Positions 36,728 to 45,530 of a stretch of 45,530 bases of DNA are shown here, one piece after another (the first letter of the stretch is position 1; every line of letters starts with the position of its first letter). The DNA is taken from contig JAZBOO010000206.1 of assembly GCA_036351155.1 (NCBI GenBank), positions 1-45,530 of the forward strand. Reading direction: 5' to 3'. This stretch comes from Candidatus Krumholzibacteriia bacterium. Lineage in GTDB: Bacteria > Krumholzibacteriota > Krumholzibacteriia > LZORAL124-64-63. The notes beneath the pieces are model-generated. The model searched no databases. It was given only the letters and a program-made list of their open reading frames with translations, and had not been told where the DNA came from. A program made the translations under genes and the position numbers.

Positions 36728-38650
36728 TCAATCCACCTGCACGTTCAAGAGGCCGGCCAGCTCGGTGATGGTCCGGTCGAAGCGCGCCAGGGCGGCGTTG
36801 ATGGCGTCGGGACGGGTCAGGTCCACGCCTGCCCCCCGCAGCAGGTCCAGGGGCGCCGCGCTGCAACCGCCCTTGAGCATGCCCAGGTAGGCGTCCACCG
36901 CCGGCTGACCGTCGGTCTTCACCTTCTCGGCGATGGCCAGACCGCAGCTCAACCCGGTGGCGTAACTGTACACGTAGTACTTGTAGTAGAAATGGGGAAT
37001 GTAGGCCCACTCCATGCCGTCGTTCTCGTCCATGGTGAAGCTGGGGCCGTAGTAGCGGCGGATCAACCCGGCGTAGGTCTCGTCCAGCAAGGTGGCGGTG
37101 ATGGGCGTGCCCGACTCGGCAAAGCCGTGCACCACGCGCTCGAACTCGCTGAACAGGGTTTGCCGGTAAATGGTGGTGCGGATGCTCTCCAGCTCGGCGG
37201 CCAGAATCCCGATGCGGGCCGCATTGTTCGGCGCAATAGCCGCCAGGTGATCCGACAGCAGGGCTTCGTTGCAGGTCGAGGCGATCTCGGCCAGGAACGG
37301 CACGTACCGGTAGTTGTGGTAGGGCTGGTGCTCCATGGCCAGCTTGCTGTGCAGGGCGTGGCCGAACTCGTGCGCCAGGGTGGACATGTCGTCCAGACTG
37401 TCCTGGTAGTTCATCTTCACGTAAGGGTGCCGGCCATACACGCTGGCCGAAAAAGCGCCGCTGTCCTTGTCGTTGCTGGGATAGACGTCGATCCAGCCCG
37501 ACCTCGGATCCAGCCCCTCCTCCAGGGCCGCTCCGTATTCCGCGCCCAGCGGAGCCAGGGCCGCAGGCAGGATCTCCATGGCCTTCTGGTAAGGAACATC
37601 CATCTCGGCGGCCTCGACCATGGGCACGTAAAGATCGTAGATGTGAATATCGTCCAGACCCAGCACCTGACGCCGCAGCTCGACGTAGCGGTGGAGGGGT
37701 TTCAGGTTGGCATTCACCGCGTTGATCAGGTTGTCATGCACGGCAACTTCCAGGCCGTCCTTGTCCAGGTAGGCCTCCAGGGCGGTGTCGTAGCCCCGGG
37801 CCCGGGCAAAGGTCACGTCCAGCTGGAACTGTCCGCCCAGAGTCGCCGCAAACACGTGCTGGTACTGGCGCAGGGTGGTAAAGAGGGCGTCCATGGTCTC
37901 GGCCCGCACAGCGCGGTCGGGTGAGGCGCGGAAGCGGCCCAGGTTGCTCAGGGTCAACTGGACCTCCTGGCCCTCGGCATCATGAACCACCGGCCAGGCG
38001 ATGCTGCCCAGCAGCGCGCCGAACGTCGTCTCCAGTGGACTGGGAATCTCGTTCAGATCGATCTCGGCCCACAGGTTGTCTCCCGCCAGCTGCAAGACCT
38101 GCTCGGCCTCTTCACCCAGGACGCGGCTTTTCCGGCGGCGCAGGTTTTCCAGGTAGTCCTGGTACTGGCCGGGGCCGTTCTGGGCCCGGTACATCAGGGC
38201 CATGGTCTGGTCATCCACCGCGAGGATCTCCCCGCGCATGAAACCCACAGCCGCCATCAGATCGTTCATCAGGTTCAGACTGCGCTGCTGACGGGCCTGC
38301 AGGGCTTCGTTGGACTGCTCGGTGTCCAGAGCCAGGTTGGCGTACTGGGTCAGGTGACTGGCCCGGTTGTGCAGCCCGAAGTACAGGTCCAGGCATTCCT
38401 TCATGGCTCGGGGATTGGCCAGCTTTCCCTGGAAGGCCGCCAGCTGGGGAATTTCCCCGGCCAGGGTGGTCATCTCCTTTTCCCAGGCGTCCACCGACGG
38501 GTACAGCTGGGCCAGACTCCACTTGTAGACATCGGGCACGGCGCTGCGGTCGGCGTTGGCGTCGGGGGTGTAGGCTGGCAGGGTGGCGGCCAAGACAGGG
38601 GTAGCCACCAGCAAGGCGAGAAGTATGACCAGGAAAGAGTTGCGACGCAT
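36728..38650 (-). CDS. pepF: Secreted oligoendopeptidase F (M3B)
   Basis: Signal peptide; WIDV, SGAFS, HEFGH, AEIAS, PHFY, YVYSYA. Confidence 0.9.
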   Translation of the reverse strand: MRRNSFLVILLALLVATPVLAATLPAYTPDANADRSAVPDVYKWSLAQLYPSVDAWEKEMTTLAGEIPQLAAFQGKLANPRAMKECLDLYFGLHNRASHLTQYANLALDTEQSNEALQARQQRSLNLMNDLMAAVGFMRGEILAVDDQTMALMYRAQNGPGQYQDYLENLRRRKSRVLGEEAEQVLQLAGDNLWAEIDLNEIPSPLETTFGALLGSIAWPVVHDAEGQEVQLTLSNLGRFRASPDRAVRAETMDALFTTLRQYQHVFAATLGGQFQLDVTFARARGYDTALEAYLDKDGLEVAVHDNLINAVNANLKPLHRYVELRRQVLGLDDIHIYDLYVPMVEAAEMDVPYQKAMEILPAALAPLGAEYGAALEEGLDPRSGWIDVYPSNDKDSGAFSASVYGRHPYVKMNYQDSLDDMSTLAHEFGHALHSKLAMEHQPYHNYRYVPFLAEIASTCNEALLSDHLAAIAPNNAARIGILAAELESIRTTIYRQTLFSEFERVVHGFAESGTPITATLLDETYAGLIRRYYGPSFTMDENDGMEWAYIPHFYYKYYVYSYATGLSCGLAIAEKVKTDGQPAVDAYLGMLKGGCSAAPLDLLRGAGVDLTRPDAINAALARFDRTITELAGLLNVQVD

Positions 38651-38729
38651 CAGGGGCCTCCAGGAAAAAGAGATAAGCTTCTTGCCAAAGTGACTGATGC
38701 GCGGAAATTTCACCAGCCGAAACTGAAAG

Positions 38730-39926
38730 TTACCACTCCCAGGACAAGGTCAAGGAAGAGTAGCCCTGGCCTTCGGCATCATAGGCGGCCTGGCCGAAGT
38801 GATCGGCCGGCCAGGGAGCGGTGTCATTGTAGGAAAAGTCCATCGTCCAGCGCCCTTGCCTGACCCCCACCCCCAGACTGATGGGAGTGGTCACCAGCTC
38901 GTGAAGAAACAACTGGCGTCCGCTGGTCAGGTCGGAGCCGGACAGGGCTTGTTCGTCGTTCACCCGGACATACCGGGCACCGGCACGCAGGGTGAGCCAG
39001 GGAGTGGCGGTCCATTCCAGGGCGGACCTCAGCAGAATCTGGTAGTAATCCCGGGCACCTTCAGCCCAGGTGGTCATGCCCGCATCGAACAGGTTCCGGT
39101 CCTGGTTTTCGCGGCCCAGGCGATACTCGCAGCTGATGATCAACAGGTGGGCACTGTCCGGCCGCAGGTTCAAGCCCAGGCCCAGGTCGGTGGTGTGGGC
39201 ATCAAGCCCCAGTGGGACACCCGTTTCCCTTCCCAGCACAATCCGGTCGTCCCGGGAATAATCAATCATGGGGATCAGGCAAAGCTGCGCGTTGACGTCA
39301 TACCGGGCCCTGATCCGCAGACCGAAGCTGGACCATTCGTTGGTGAAAGGGAGATAATACAGGGCACCCGCCTGCGCCGCCTGGCTGTTCAGGATTTCTC
39401 CCGCCATTTCAAGGTGCAGCCGGGAACCCACTTCCTTGCCCACTCCCAGTCCATAAGAGTGGAGATACTGGGAGTCGATGCGATCGCCCATCAGCTCTCC
39501 TGACCTGGAGACACCATAGGTCGTGAACCGCCCCCCCAGACCCAGGCGCCAGGACCTCCAGCTTTTGGCCCATAGGGCCGAGAAGGCTCCATCGGTGGGG
39601 CCAAATTCCAGCTGGTCCTGAAAAAATACCGCCAGCGTGCCGTATTTTCCCGCAGCATCCAGCTGGAGATGCCCGCCTCCCCCGTGCCCGATCAGGCCTT
39701 CCCGGCCCAGCACCTCGTGCTGCCCGTTGAGCACATCACCCAGTTCGAAGACCGCCAGATCGGGGTAGTCCACCAGACTGCTGTACCAGCGCAAGGCCTG
39801 CCCCGGGTCGAAAAAATATCCCCCCTGATCGGCCAGGGCGATCATGCGGGCGGTGCCGCCCAGAGCACTGGAAAAGGCTAGGCCTGTCAGCAGAAGGACG
39901 AGAGAGATCAGCACAATGCGCTTCAC
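38730..39926 (-). CDS. Putative outer-membrane beta-barrel protein
   Basis: Signal peptide, amphipathic strands (WLTLRAGA), ends LTLSWEW. Confidence 0.7.
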   Translation of the reverse strand: MKRIVLISLVLLLTGLAFSSALGGTARMIALADQGGYFFDPGQALRWYSSLVDYPDLAVFELGDVLNGQHEVLGREGLIGHGGGGHLQLDAAGKYGTLAVFFQDQLEFGPTDGAFSALWAKSWRSWRLGLGGRFTTYGVSRSGELMGDRIDSQYLHSYGLGVGKEVGSRLHLEMAGEILNSQAAQAGALYYLPFTNEWSSFGLRIRARYDVNAQLCLIPMIDYSRDDRIVLGRETGVPLGLDAHTTDLGLGLNLRPDSAHLLIISCEYRLGRENQDRNLFDAGMTTWAEGARDYYQILLRSALEWTATPWLTLRAGARYVRVNDEQALSGSDLTSGRQLFLHELVTTPISLGVGVRQGRWTMDFSYNDTAPWPADHFGQAAYDAEGQGYSSLTLSWEW

Positions 39927-39929
39927 AAG

Positions 39930-41693
39930 TTACTCCTGTGCGTAGTTCTTGTAGAAAAGGGAATGTCCCTGAACATAGACCCCACCCTCGGGTGAAGACC
40001 AGATCGCCCCGAAGTAGTCGTTTTCGGGAAGGCCTTGCTGGACCGTCCAGAGGTCGTCATGAAACCGCCACAGGGCGTCCGGGCCCAGCAGGAAAAAGTC
40101 ATCGGCACCATGGTCCACCATGCCCGTGAGGGGCTGGGGAAGGCGCACGCCTTCGGATACCGGAGCCAACACGCCCTCACGATAACGAAAAACCACCGAC
40201 TGACTTTCCGAAGTGTTCATATGGCCCACGAGCCACAGGGTATCGGACGCACGCGAGGCCAGCAGGTGTTGCCCCTGGAACCCGGGGATATCCAGCACCG
40301 ATTCGAAACCTGCGCCATCCCACATCTTCAAAGTGGTGCCCTCTGCCTTTTCCAGGGAATACAGGGCTCCCCCAGCGGTTCGGGTCAATCCCCCGATCAG
40401 TCCGTCGCGAGCTTCCAGGTCAAGCCAGCTGGTGCCGTTCCACAGCTGGTATCCCATGAAGTTGGCGATCAGAATGCTGTCCGGGGAAATGCATTGCATA
40501 TGGCTGATGGTCACCGGGGCATCCGCCAAGTCACTCCAATGGCCCGTGTCTGGCCGACGCAGCGCAAGACCATTGCTGGCTGTGGCCGCCACCCAGCCCT
40601 CGCCGAAGACCTGGATCTTCTGGACTGTGGCGTAGGGCAACGGGGTAGATTCATTGTGCCAGCGAGAGCCGTCATAGTGCAAAACCCTGGTCAGCCGCTC
40701 TCCTGCCCAGATATCCTGGTCACTGGTTCCAGTCAAACAACCGACTAGGCTGTAACCCAAACCCTGATAATTTTCCGTGACTACAAAATCGCCGGTGAGA
40801 CTATCCGGGGAACAATAAAGCAGGGTTCCACTGGAGCCGGCGGCCACAAAATCACGGTCGCCGACCTTGTTCAGTGCAAAAATCCAGCGGCCGAGAGTGT
40901 TTCGCCAGAGCTGGTCGGAGGAAGTCCAGAGGCCGGAGTTGTCGGAGGCAACATAATCCCCCCTATCCAGAACAGCCCTGACCGAGAAATAGGCCCCCTC
41001 ATTCCGGGACCACCCTGAATCCTGGGACCAGGTGAACAGCAGGTACTGGCCTGTCTCGTTCCGGGCGATCAGATACCTGCCGTCTCCATCCTCGATCCCC
41101 AGGTTGGGAAGCTCCAGTTCCAGCTGAGTTTTACCATTTTCGACCACCCACACGCGCCCCCCTTCACCCGCACGGACCAGCTGGTCGGGCCCAATCCAGA
41201 GGGTCGTCGCGGGTCCTTCGGGACCGGCAATAATGCGCCAGCTGCCCCCCTGGAAAACCCGAATTCCCTCCGTCCCCACCGAGTAAAGATGGCCGTCGGG
41301 GCCACAGAGCACATCGTTGAAGGCGCCTCTTTCACCCCGGGAATGGACTTCCCAGGTGCGCCCATCGAAATGCAGAATCTGGCGACTCGCCGCAGCATAC
41401 AGATCATGGGCTGACCAGCCGTCAATGCTGGAAATTTCGTCGGCGGTGGGGCTGTCCACCTCCAGAGTACGTTCCCCATTCCAGTGGACGATGGTGCCCA
41501 GATTTCCCACCCCCCAGACATTGTCCGGCCCATCTGACCAGACCCCGGTCAGGGTCTGTCCTGCAGGGTTGGGCCGCATAACTTCCCAACCGGCGGTAGG
41601 ACCCTGAGGTTCTGGCACCAGGGGCTCCGCAGCACACCCCGCCAGCAGCGCCAGTGTCATCAAAAAAAGCCCGGTGATCAGCTTTGCGGTCAT
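39930..41693 (-). CDS. Lipoprotein with beta-propeller-like repeats
   Basis: Lipobox LAGC; repeats such as VWGVG..GTIVHWNG, ILHFDG.TW, VLHYDG..W. Confidence 0.75.
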   Translation of the reverse strand: MTAKLITGLFLMTLALLAGCAAEPLVPEPQGPTAGWEVMRPNPAGQTLTGVWSDGPDNVWGVGNLGTIVHWNGERTLEVDSPTADEISSIDGWSAHDLYAAASRQILHFDGRTWEVHSRGERGAFNDVLCGPDGHLYSVGTEGIRVFQGGSWRIIAGPEGPATTLWIGPDQLVRAGEGGRVWVVENGKTQLELELPNLGIEDGDGRYLIARNETGQYLLFTWSQDSGWSRNEGAYFSVRAVLDRGDYVASDNSGLWTSSDQLWRNTLGRWIFALNKVGDRDFVAAGSSGTLLYCSPDSLTGDFVVTENYQGLGYSLVGCLTGTSDQDIWAGERLTRVLHYDGSRWHNESTPLPYATVQKIQVFGEGWVAATASNGLALRRPDTGHWSDLADAPVTISHMQCISPDSILIANFMGYQLWNGTSWLDLEARDGLIGGLTRTAGGALYSLEKAEGTTLKMWDGAGFESVLDIPGFQGQHLLASRASDTLWLVGHMNTSESQSVVFRYREGVLAPVSEGVRLPQPLTGMVDHGADDFFLLGPDALWRFHDDLWTVQQGLPENDYFGAIWSSPEGGVYVQGHSLFYKNYAQE

Positions 41694-41777
41694 GGAATAA
41701 CCTTTGAGATACGTCTGGTGATGATAGTAATAACTGCCCGTCATTATAGAGGGTGCGACGGTCGGGATGCAAAGGAC

Positions 41778-41889
41778 TCTTCACAGGCACGGATACGAAA
41801 GTGGTCCGGGAAATCCGCAGCCCCGATCTGAAAAGATCGGAACGAGGACATCCCGGACCACTTTCGTATCCGTGCCTGTGAAGACCTAC
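41778..41889. repeat. Palindromic extragenic element, copy 2
   Basis: Perfect 34-bp arms 41778-41811 and 41851-41884 around a 39-nt core. Confidence 0.9.
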
Positions 41890-42722
41890 TGCTTGGTGAC
41901 CGTCGCACCCTCGACAATGACGTGGTACTTGTACCCGGCACCGAAGTCCTTGTCCACCGACAGCGGGCCCTCGACCACGACCAGATCACCGGCCGCCAGG
42001 GTGGCGCCGGTGGTCACGGTCAGATCGCTGGTCTCGGCGGACCCGGTTCCGTCCTGGATGTGCACCCAGTTGGTCCCCATGATGTTGGCGGTGAACTTCA
42101 CGACCTGGCCCCGCAATTTCACGGTCTGGCCACCCAGCTGGGCCGCCTGGCTGTAGATTTCCTCGACCGTGTACCCACCGGCCAGTTTCTCCACCCCGGT
42201 GACCTCGGCCTTGTCCAGCTTGGTGTTGCTGCTGGCCGCGGGGCTGCCGCCCATGTTCATGCCCATGCCGCCGTGGGGGCTGGCGGCCGCTGTCTCGGCA
42301 CCCTCGGGCACGATGCCGCCCACGAAGAAGATGCTCTCGAAGGTCTTGTCCAGGCTCTTGGCGGTGAAGTTCTTCATCTCCATGCCGTCGGGCGAGCTGA
42401 CCTTCTGTCCCACCTCGAGACCCGTGGTCACCGGACCGGCCACCCACACCCGGCTGCTGCCGGTGTCCAGCAGCACATAGCTGTAGCCGCCGCTGTCCAT
42501 GGTTTCCACGATGGTCCCGGAGATGAAGGCCTGATTGGCGGCCTGGGCGGGGTCGTCCCCATGGGGATGCTCGCCGGGAGCGTGATTGTGGCCGGCGTGA
42601 TCATCGGCACCACCGGGGATGACCTCGGCTTGACCCTGGGTATCGCCCCTGTCGCAGGCGGTCAGAACCAGAACAGGCAGACAAAGCAGCAAAACGAAAA
42701 AATACGCGCGGCGGAGGGTCAT
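41886..42722 (-). CDS. Lipoprotein with His-rich linker and two OB-fold-like (NrfJ-like) domains
   Basis: Lipobox LTAC; HAGHNH; ETMDSGGYSY...WVAG; GQVVKF...NWVHIQDG, DFGAGY. Confidence 0.75.
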   Translation of the reverse strand: MTLRRAYFFVLLLCLPVLVLTACDRGDTQGQAEVIPGGADDHAGHNHAPGEHPHGDDPAQAANQAFISGTIVETMDSGGYSYVLLDTGSSRVWVAGPVTTGLEVGQKVSSPDGMEMKNFTAKSLDKTFESIFFVGGIVPEGAETAAASPHGGMGMNMGGSPAASSNTKLDKAEVTGVEKLAGGYTVEEIYSQAAQLGGQTVKLRGQVVKFTANIMGTNWVHIQDGTGSAETSDLTVTTGATLAAGDLVVVEGPLSVDKDFGAGYKYHVIVEGATVTKQ

Positions 42723-42839
42723 GAGAGAACTCCTTGAAAGAACGCGGCGAGCGGTCAATTGCTCGCGCAACCCACTAGATTTCCATCCAAGATAGCCCCG
42801 CGTATAAGGCAGGGCAAATGATGCTTTCCTACTTGCTGG

Positions 42840-44144
42840 CTAGGGTTTTCCCAGCAAGCGGAACATCTCCTTCTTGTAGGTTTCCACGCCGGGCTGGTCG
42901 AAGGGGTTCACACCCAGCATCCGGCCGCTGACACCCACCGCTTTTTCGAACATGTACAGCAGCGAGCCCACCACCTCGGCGTCCAGATGCTCGACCTCCA
43001 GGCTGCTGCAGGGCACGCCCCCGCTCAGGTGGGCCTTCCGGGTGCCCTCGTAGGCTTTCCAGTTGATTTCGTCCAGCGTGCGGCCCACCAGGTAGTCCAG
43101 CCCATCCAGGTTGGTGCCGTCGGCGGCCTCGCCGGGGACCGCCAGATCCGTCACGGCATGGCGCACACACAGAAAGGTTTCCTGAAGGTTACGTTTACCG
43201 TCCTGCACGTACTGTCCCAGGCTGTGCAGGTCGGTGGTGAACACCGTGGACGCCGGGAAAATTCCCTGGCCGCCCTTGCCCTCGCTCTCCCCGAACAGCT
43301 GCTTCCACCATTCCTGGATGGTTTGCATTCCGCTGTGGAAAGTGCTCATCACCTCGGTGGTGTAACCGCGGGTGTACAGACCGTGCCGCACGGCGGCATA
43401 CAGATGGGCCGGGTTATCCTCCCAGTTGTCCCCGGACGCCGCCTCCATCATGTTCCGAGCCCCCCGGACCAGCCCCTCGATGTCCACGCCGGCCACCGCC
43501 AGGGGCACCAGACCCACAGGTGTCAACACGGAGAACCGTCCCCCCACGTTGTCAGGAATGACGTAGGTTTCGTACCCTTCCTGATCGGCCAGCTGGCGCA
43601 GAGCCCCCCGCGACACATCGGTCACCGCCGTGATGCGGCGGGCCGCCTGCTCGGGGCCGTACCGCTCCACCAGCAATCGTCGCAACAGGCGGAAGGCCAC
43701 CGCCGGCTCCAGGGTGGTGCCGGACTTGGAGATGACGCACAGACGGAAGTCGCGATCGGCAATGGTCTTGAGCACTCGATCGAGGGAAGCGGAGCACAGT
43801 CCGGTCCCGGCAAACACCACCTCGGGACACCCGGGAGCACTGCCCCCCAGGGCGTCCAGAACGGCGCGCGTCCCCAGGTAGGAGCCCCCGATGCCGATGA
43901 CCACGTAAACCTCGGCATCTTCCCCGGAGCGCTGAGCCGACTCCCGGTAGACCTGCAGTTCACTGGACGAGATCCGCCCGGGCAGGTCCAGCCAGCCCAG
44001 GAATTCCGCCCCGGGACTGGTGCCATCGGACAGCTCGGCCGCCGCCTTGCCCACGGGGCCGGCCAGCGCCTCCAGCTCCGGGCCCGGCATGAATGATCCT
44101 GTCCCCGTCACGTCCAATCTGATGCCGCACGCCGTGCTGATCAT
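42840..44144 (-). CDS. pgi: Glucose-6-phosphate isomerase
   Basis: GIGGSYLG, SKSGTTLE, VGGRFSV, QLFGESEGK, DLHSLGQ, NPFDQPGVE. Confidence 0.96.
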   Translation of the reverse strand: MISTACGIRLDVTGTGSFMPGPELEALAGPVGKAAAELSDGTSPGAEFLGWLDLPGRISSSELQVYRESAQRSGEDAEVYVVIGIGGSYLGTRAVLDALGGSAPGCPEVVFAGTGLCSASLDRVLKTIADRDFRLCVISKSGTTLEPAVAFRLLRRLLVERYGPEQAARRITAVTDVSRGALRQLADQEGYETYVIPDNVGGRFSVLTPVGLVPLAVAGVDIEGLVRGARNMMEAASGDNWEDNPAHLYAAVRHGLYTRGYTTEVMSTFHSGMQTIQEWWKQLFGESEGKGGQGIFPASTVFTTDLHSLGQYVQDGKRNLQETFLCVRHAVTDLAVPGEAADGTNLDGLDYLVGRTLDEINWKAYEGTRKAHLSGGVPCSSLEVEHLDAEVVGSLLYMFEKAVGVSGRMLGVNPFDQPGVETYKKEMFRLLGKP

Positions 44145-44246
44145 CGCAAACCTCCTTGCGCCCCTCGGGGCAGTGTTTTATCTGTTGGAGTTCACAATAC
44201 ACCCATTGCCGCCAGGCGCAACGCCCATCGTCCCCCTGGAGAAAAC

Positions 44247-45479
44247 ATGGCTCCGGCCACCCCCGTCATTGCCGCCACCTATGCCGAGATCGCCCTGAAA
44301 GGGCGCAACCGCTCGGTGTTCATGCGCAAGCTGATGAACAATATCCGGGTGGCCCTCAAGGGCGAGCCGATGCGCAAGATCGAGCACGTGGAAAGCCGCC
44401 TGCTGGTGCACCTGGACGACCCCAGCCGCGCGCCCGAGGTGACGGTTAAACTGCGGCGGGTGTTTGGCTTGCAGTGGGTGTCGCCGGCCGTGCCCATCGC
44501 CCGGGAAGAGATCGCCGAGGAACTGGCCGCCCACCTGGCCGAAGGTCGGGAACCCCTCCTTTCACAGGTCAGTGAGGCCGGCGTGCAGGTGGCCCGAGCC
44601 GAGTGCGGCGACGCCCGAAACTTCAAGGTGGAGACCCGGCGCAGCGACCGCGACTTCCCCCTCGACTCCCCTCACATCAGCACCATCGTGGGCGGGGCCA
44701 TTCATCAGCAGCTGGGATTGCCCGGGCGCATGAAAGACCCGGATTTCATCGTCAACGTGCTGGTTTTGAAGGAGCAAATCCTCGTCTTTGCGGCCAAGTT
44801 GACCGCCTTCGGAGGCCTCCCGTCCGGCAGCAGCGGCCGGGCCATGGTGCTGCTTTCTGGTGGGATCGATTCACCCGTGGCCGCCTGGCTGATGATGCGG
44901 CGCGGCGTCCGTCCCGAGTTCATCCACTTCTATTCGGGGCGCAACGTCGATGAAGCCGACGTGGCCAAGATCGAGGACCTGGCCCGGGTTCTGGCCCGCT
45001 ACTCCCCCGTGCCCCTGACCCTGTGGCACGTGCCGGTGGTCCCTTTCGAGATGCGGAGCATCGGAATCGTACCCGACAGCTACGACATGATCATGTTTCG
45101 CCGCTTCATGTTCAAGACCGCCAGCACCATGGCCTGGCGCAACAGTTGCAGAGCCCTGGTCAGCGGCGACAGCCTGGGCCAGGTGGCCAGCCAGACCATC
45201 GACAATCTGGGGGCCATCGCCACCGACATCACCCTGCCCATCTTCCGCCCCCTGGTGGGCATGGACAAGATGGAAATCACGGCCTGGAGCAAGGTCATCG
45301 AGACCTTCCAGCTGTCCATCCTGCCTTACCGGGATTGCTGTTCCATCAGGTCGCCCAAACCCGTTTTGCACGCCCGTTCTCAGGAGCTGTTGCACTATTC
45401 CGACGAGATGGACCTCGAAGGCGCCGTGGAAGAGGCCATTGCCTGCGCGCACAAGGTGGTGGTGACTCCCCTGGCCTGA
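44247..45479 (+). CDS. thiI: tRNA 4-thiouridine synthase ThiI (THUMP + PP-loop, no rhodanese domain)
   Basis: EIALKGRNR, LSGGIDSPVA, GDSLGQVASQT, RPL, DCC. Confidence 0.92.
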   Translation: MAPATPVIAATYAEIALKGRNRSVFMRKLMNNIRVALKGEPMRKIEHVESRLLVHLDDPSRAPEVTVKLRRVFGLQWVSPAVPIAREEIAEELAAHLAEGREPLLSQVSEAGVQVARAECGDARNFKVETRRSDRDFPLDSPHISTIVGGAIHQQLGLPGRMKDPDFIVNVLVLKEQILVFAAKLTAFGGLPSGSSGRAMVLLSGGIDSPVAAWLMMRRGVRPEFIHFYSGRNVDEADVAKIEDLARVLARYSPVPLTLWHVPVVPFEMRSIGIVPDSYDMIMFRRFMFKTASTMAWRNSCRALVSGDSLGQVASQTIDNLGAIATDITLPIFRPLVGMDKMEITAWSKVIETFQLSILPYRDCCSIRSPKPVLHARSQELLHYSDEMDLEGAVEEAIACAHKVVVTPLA

Positions 45480-45530
45480 CCTCTCCCCTCCACCATTTTC
45501 CCGTTTTTTTTACAAAGAAATACTTAACCC

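Noticed and set aside
44247..45479. ThiI lacking a rhodanese domain
   Set aside because: The short form is common in many bacterial lineages

Overview
GC-rich bacterial chromosomal window from a diderm organism (porin, outer-membrane barrels, lipoproteins). A secreted protein ending in ...SFDGLKALYR hints at Krumholzibacteriota/Latescibacterota-like bacteria; this is an inference. I saw no rRNA, tRNA, CRISPR array, transposase or phage genes. About 35 CDS: three ECF sigma/anti-sigma pairs, an alternative sigma70, two tandem atypical FG-GAP histidine kinases, a CadC-like wHTH/TolB-propeller regulator, an octaheme Otr cytochrome, FetAB, PerR-AhpC, CorA, peptidases, EttA, Pgi and ThiI. The most interesting signals are: (1) a candidate ~350-nt structured ncRNA at 18820-19175 with internally repeated modules, preceded by phased 11-bp direct repeats next to the CadC-like gene; (2) two copies of a ~110-bp palindromic element with a covarying core, each starting at a GTAG stop codon; (3) paired kinases with a non-canonical, invariant H-box; (4) a secreted Cys-Cys repeat protein; (5) two unusual enzyme fusions. 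All calls come from reading motifs by eye; no database search was run.
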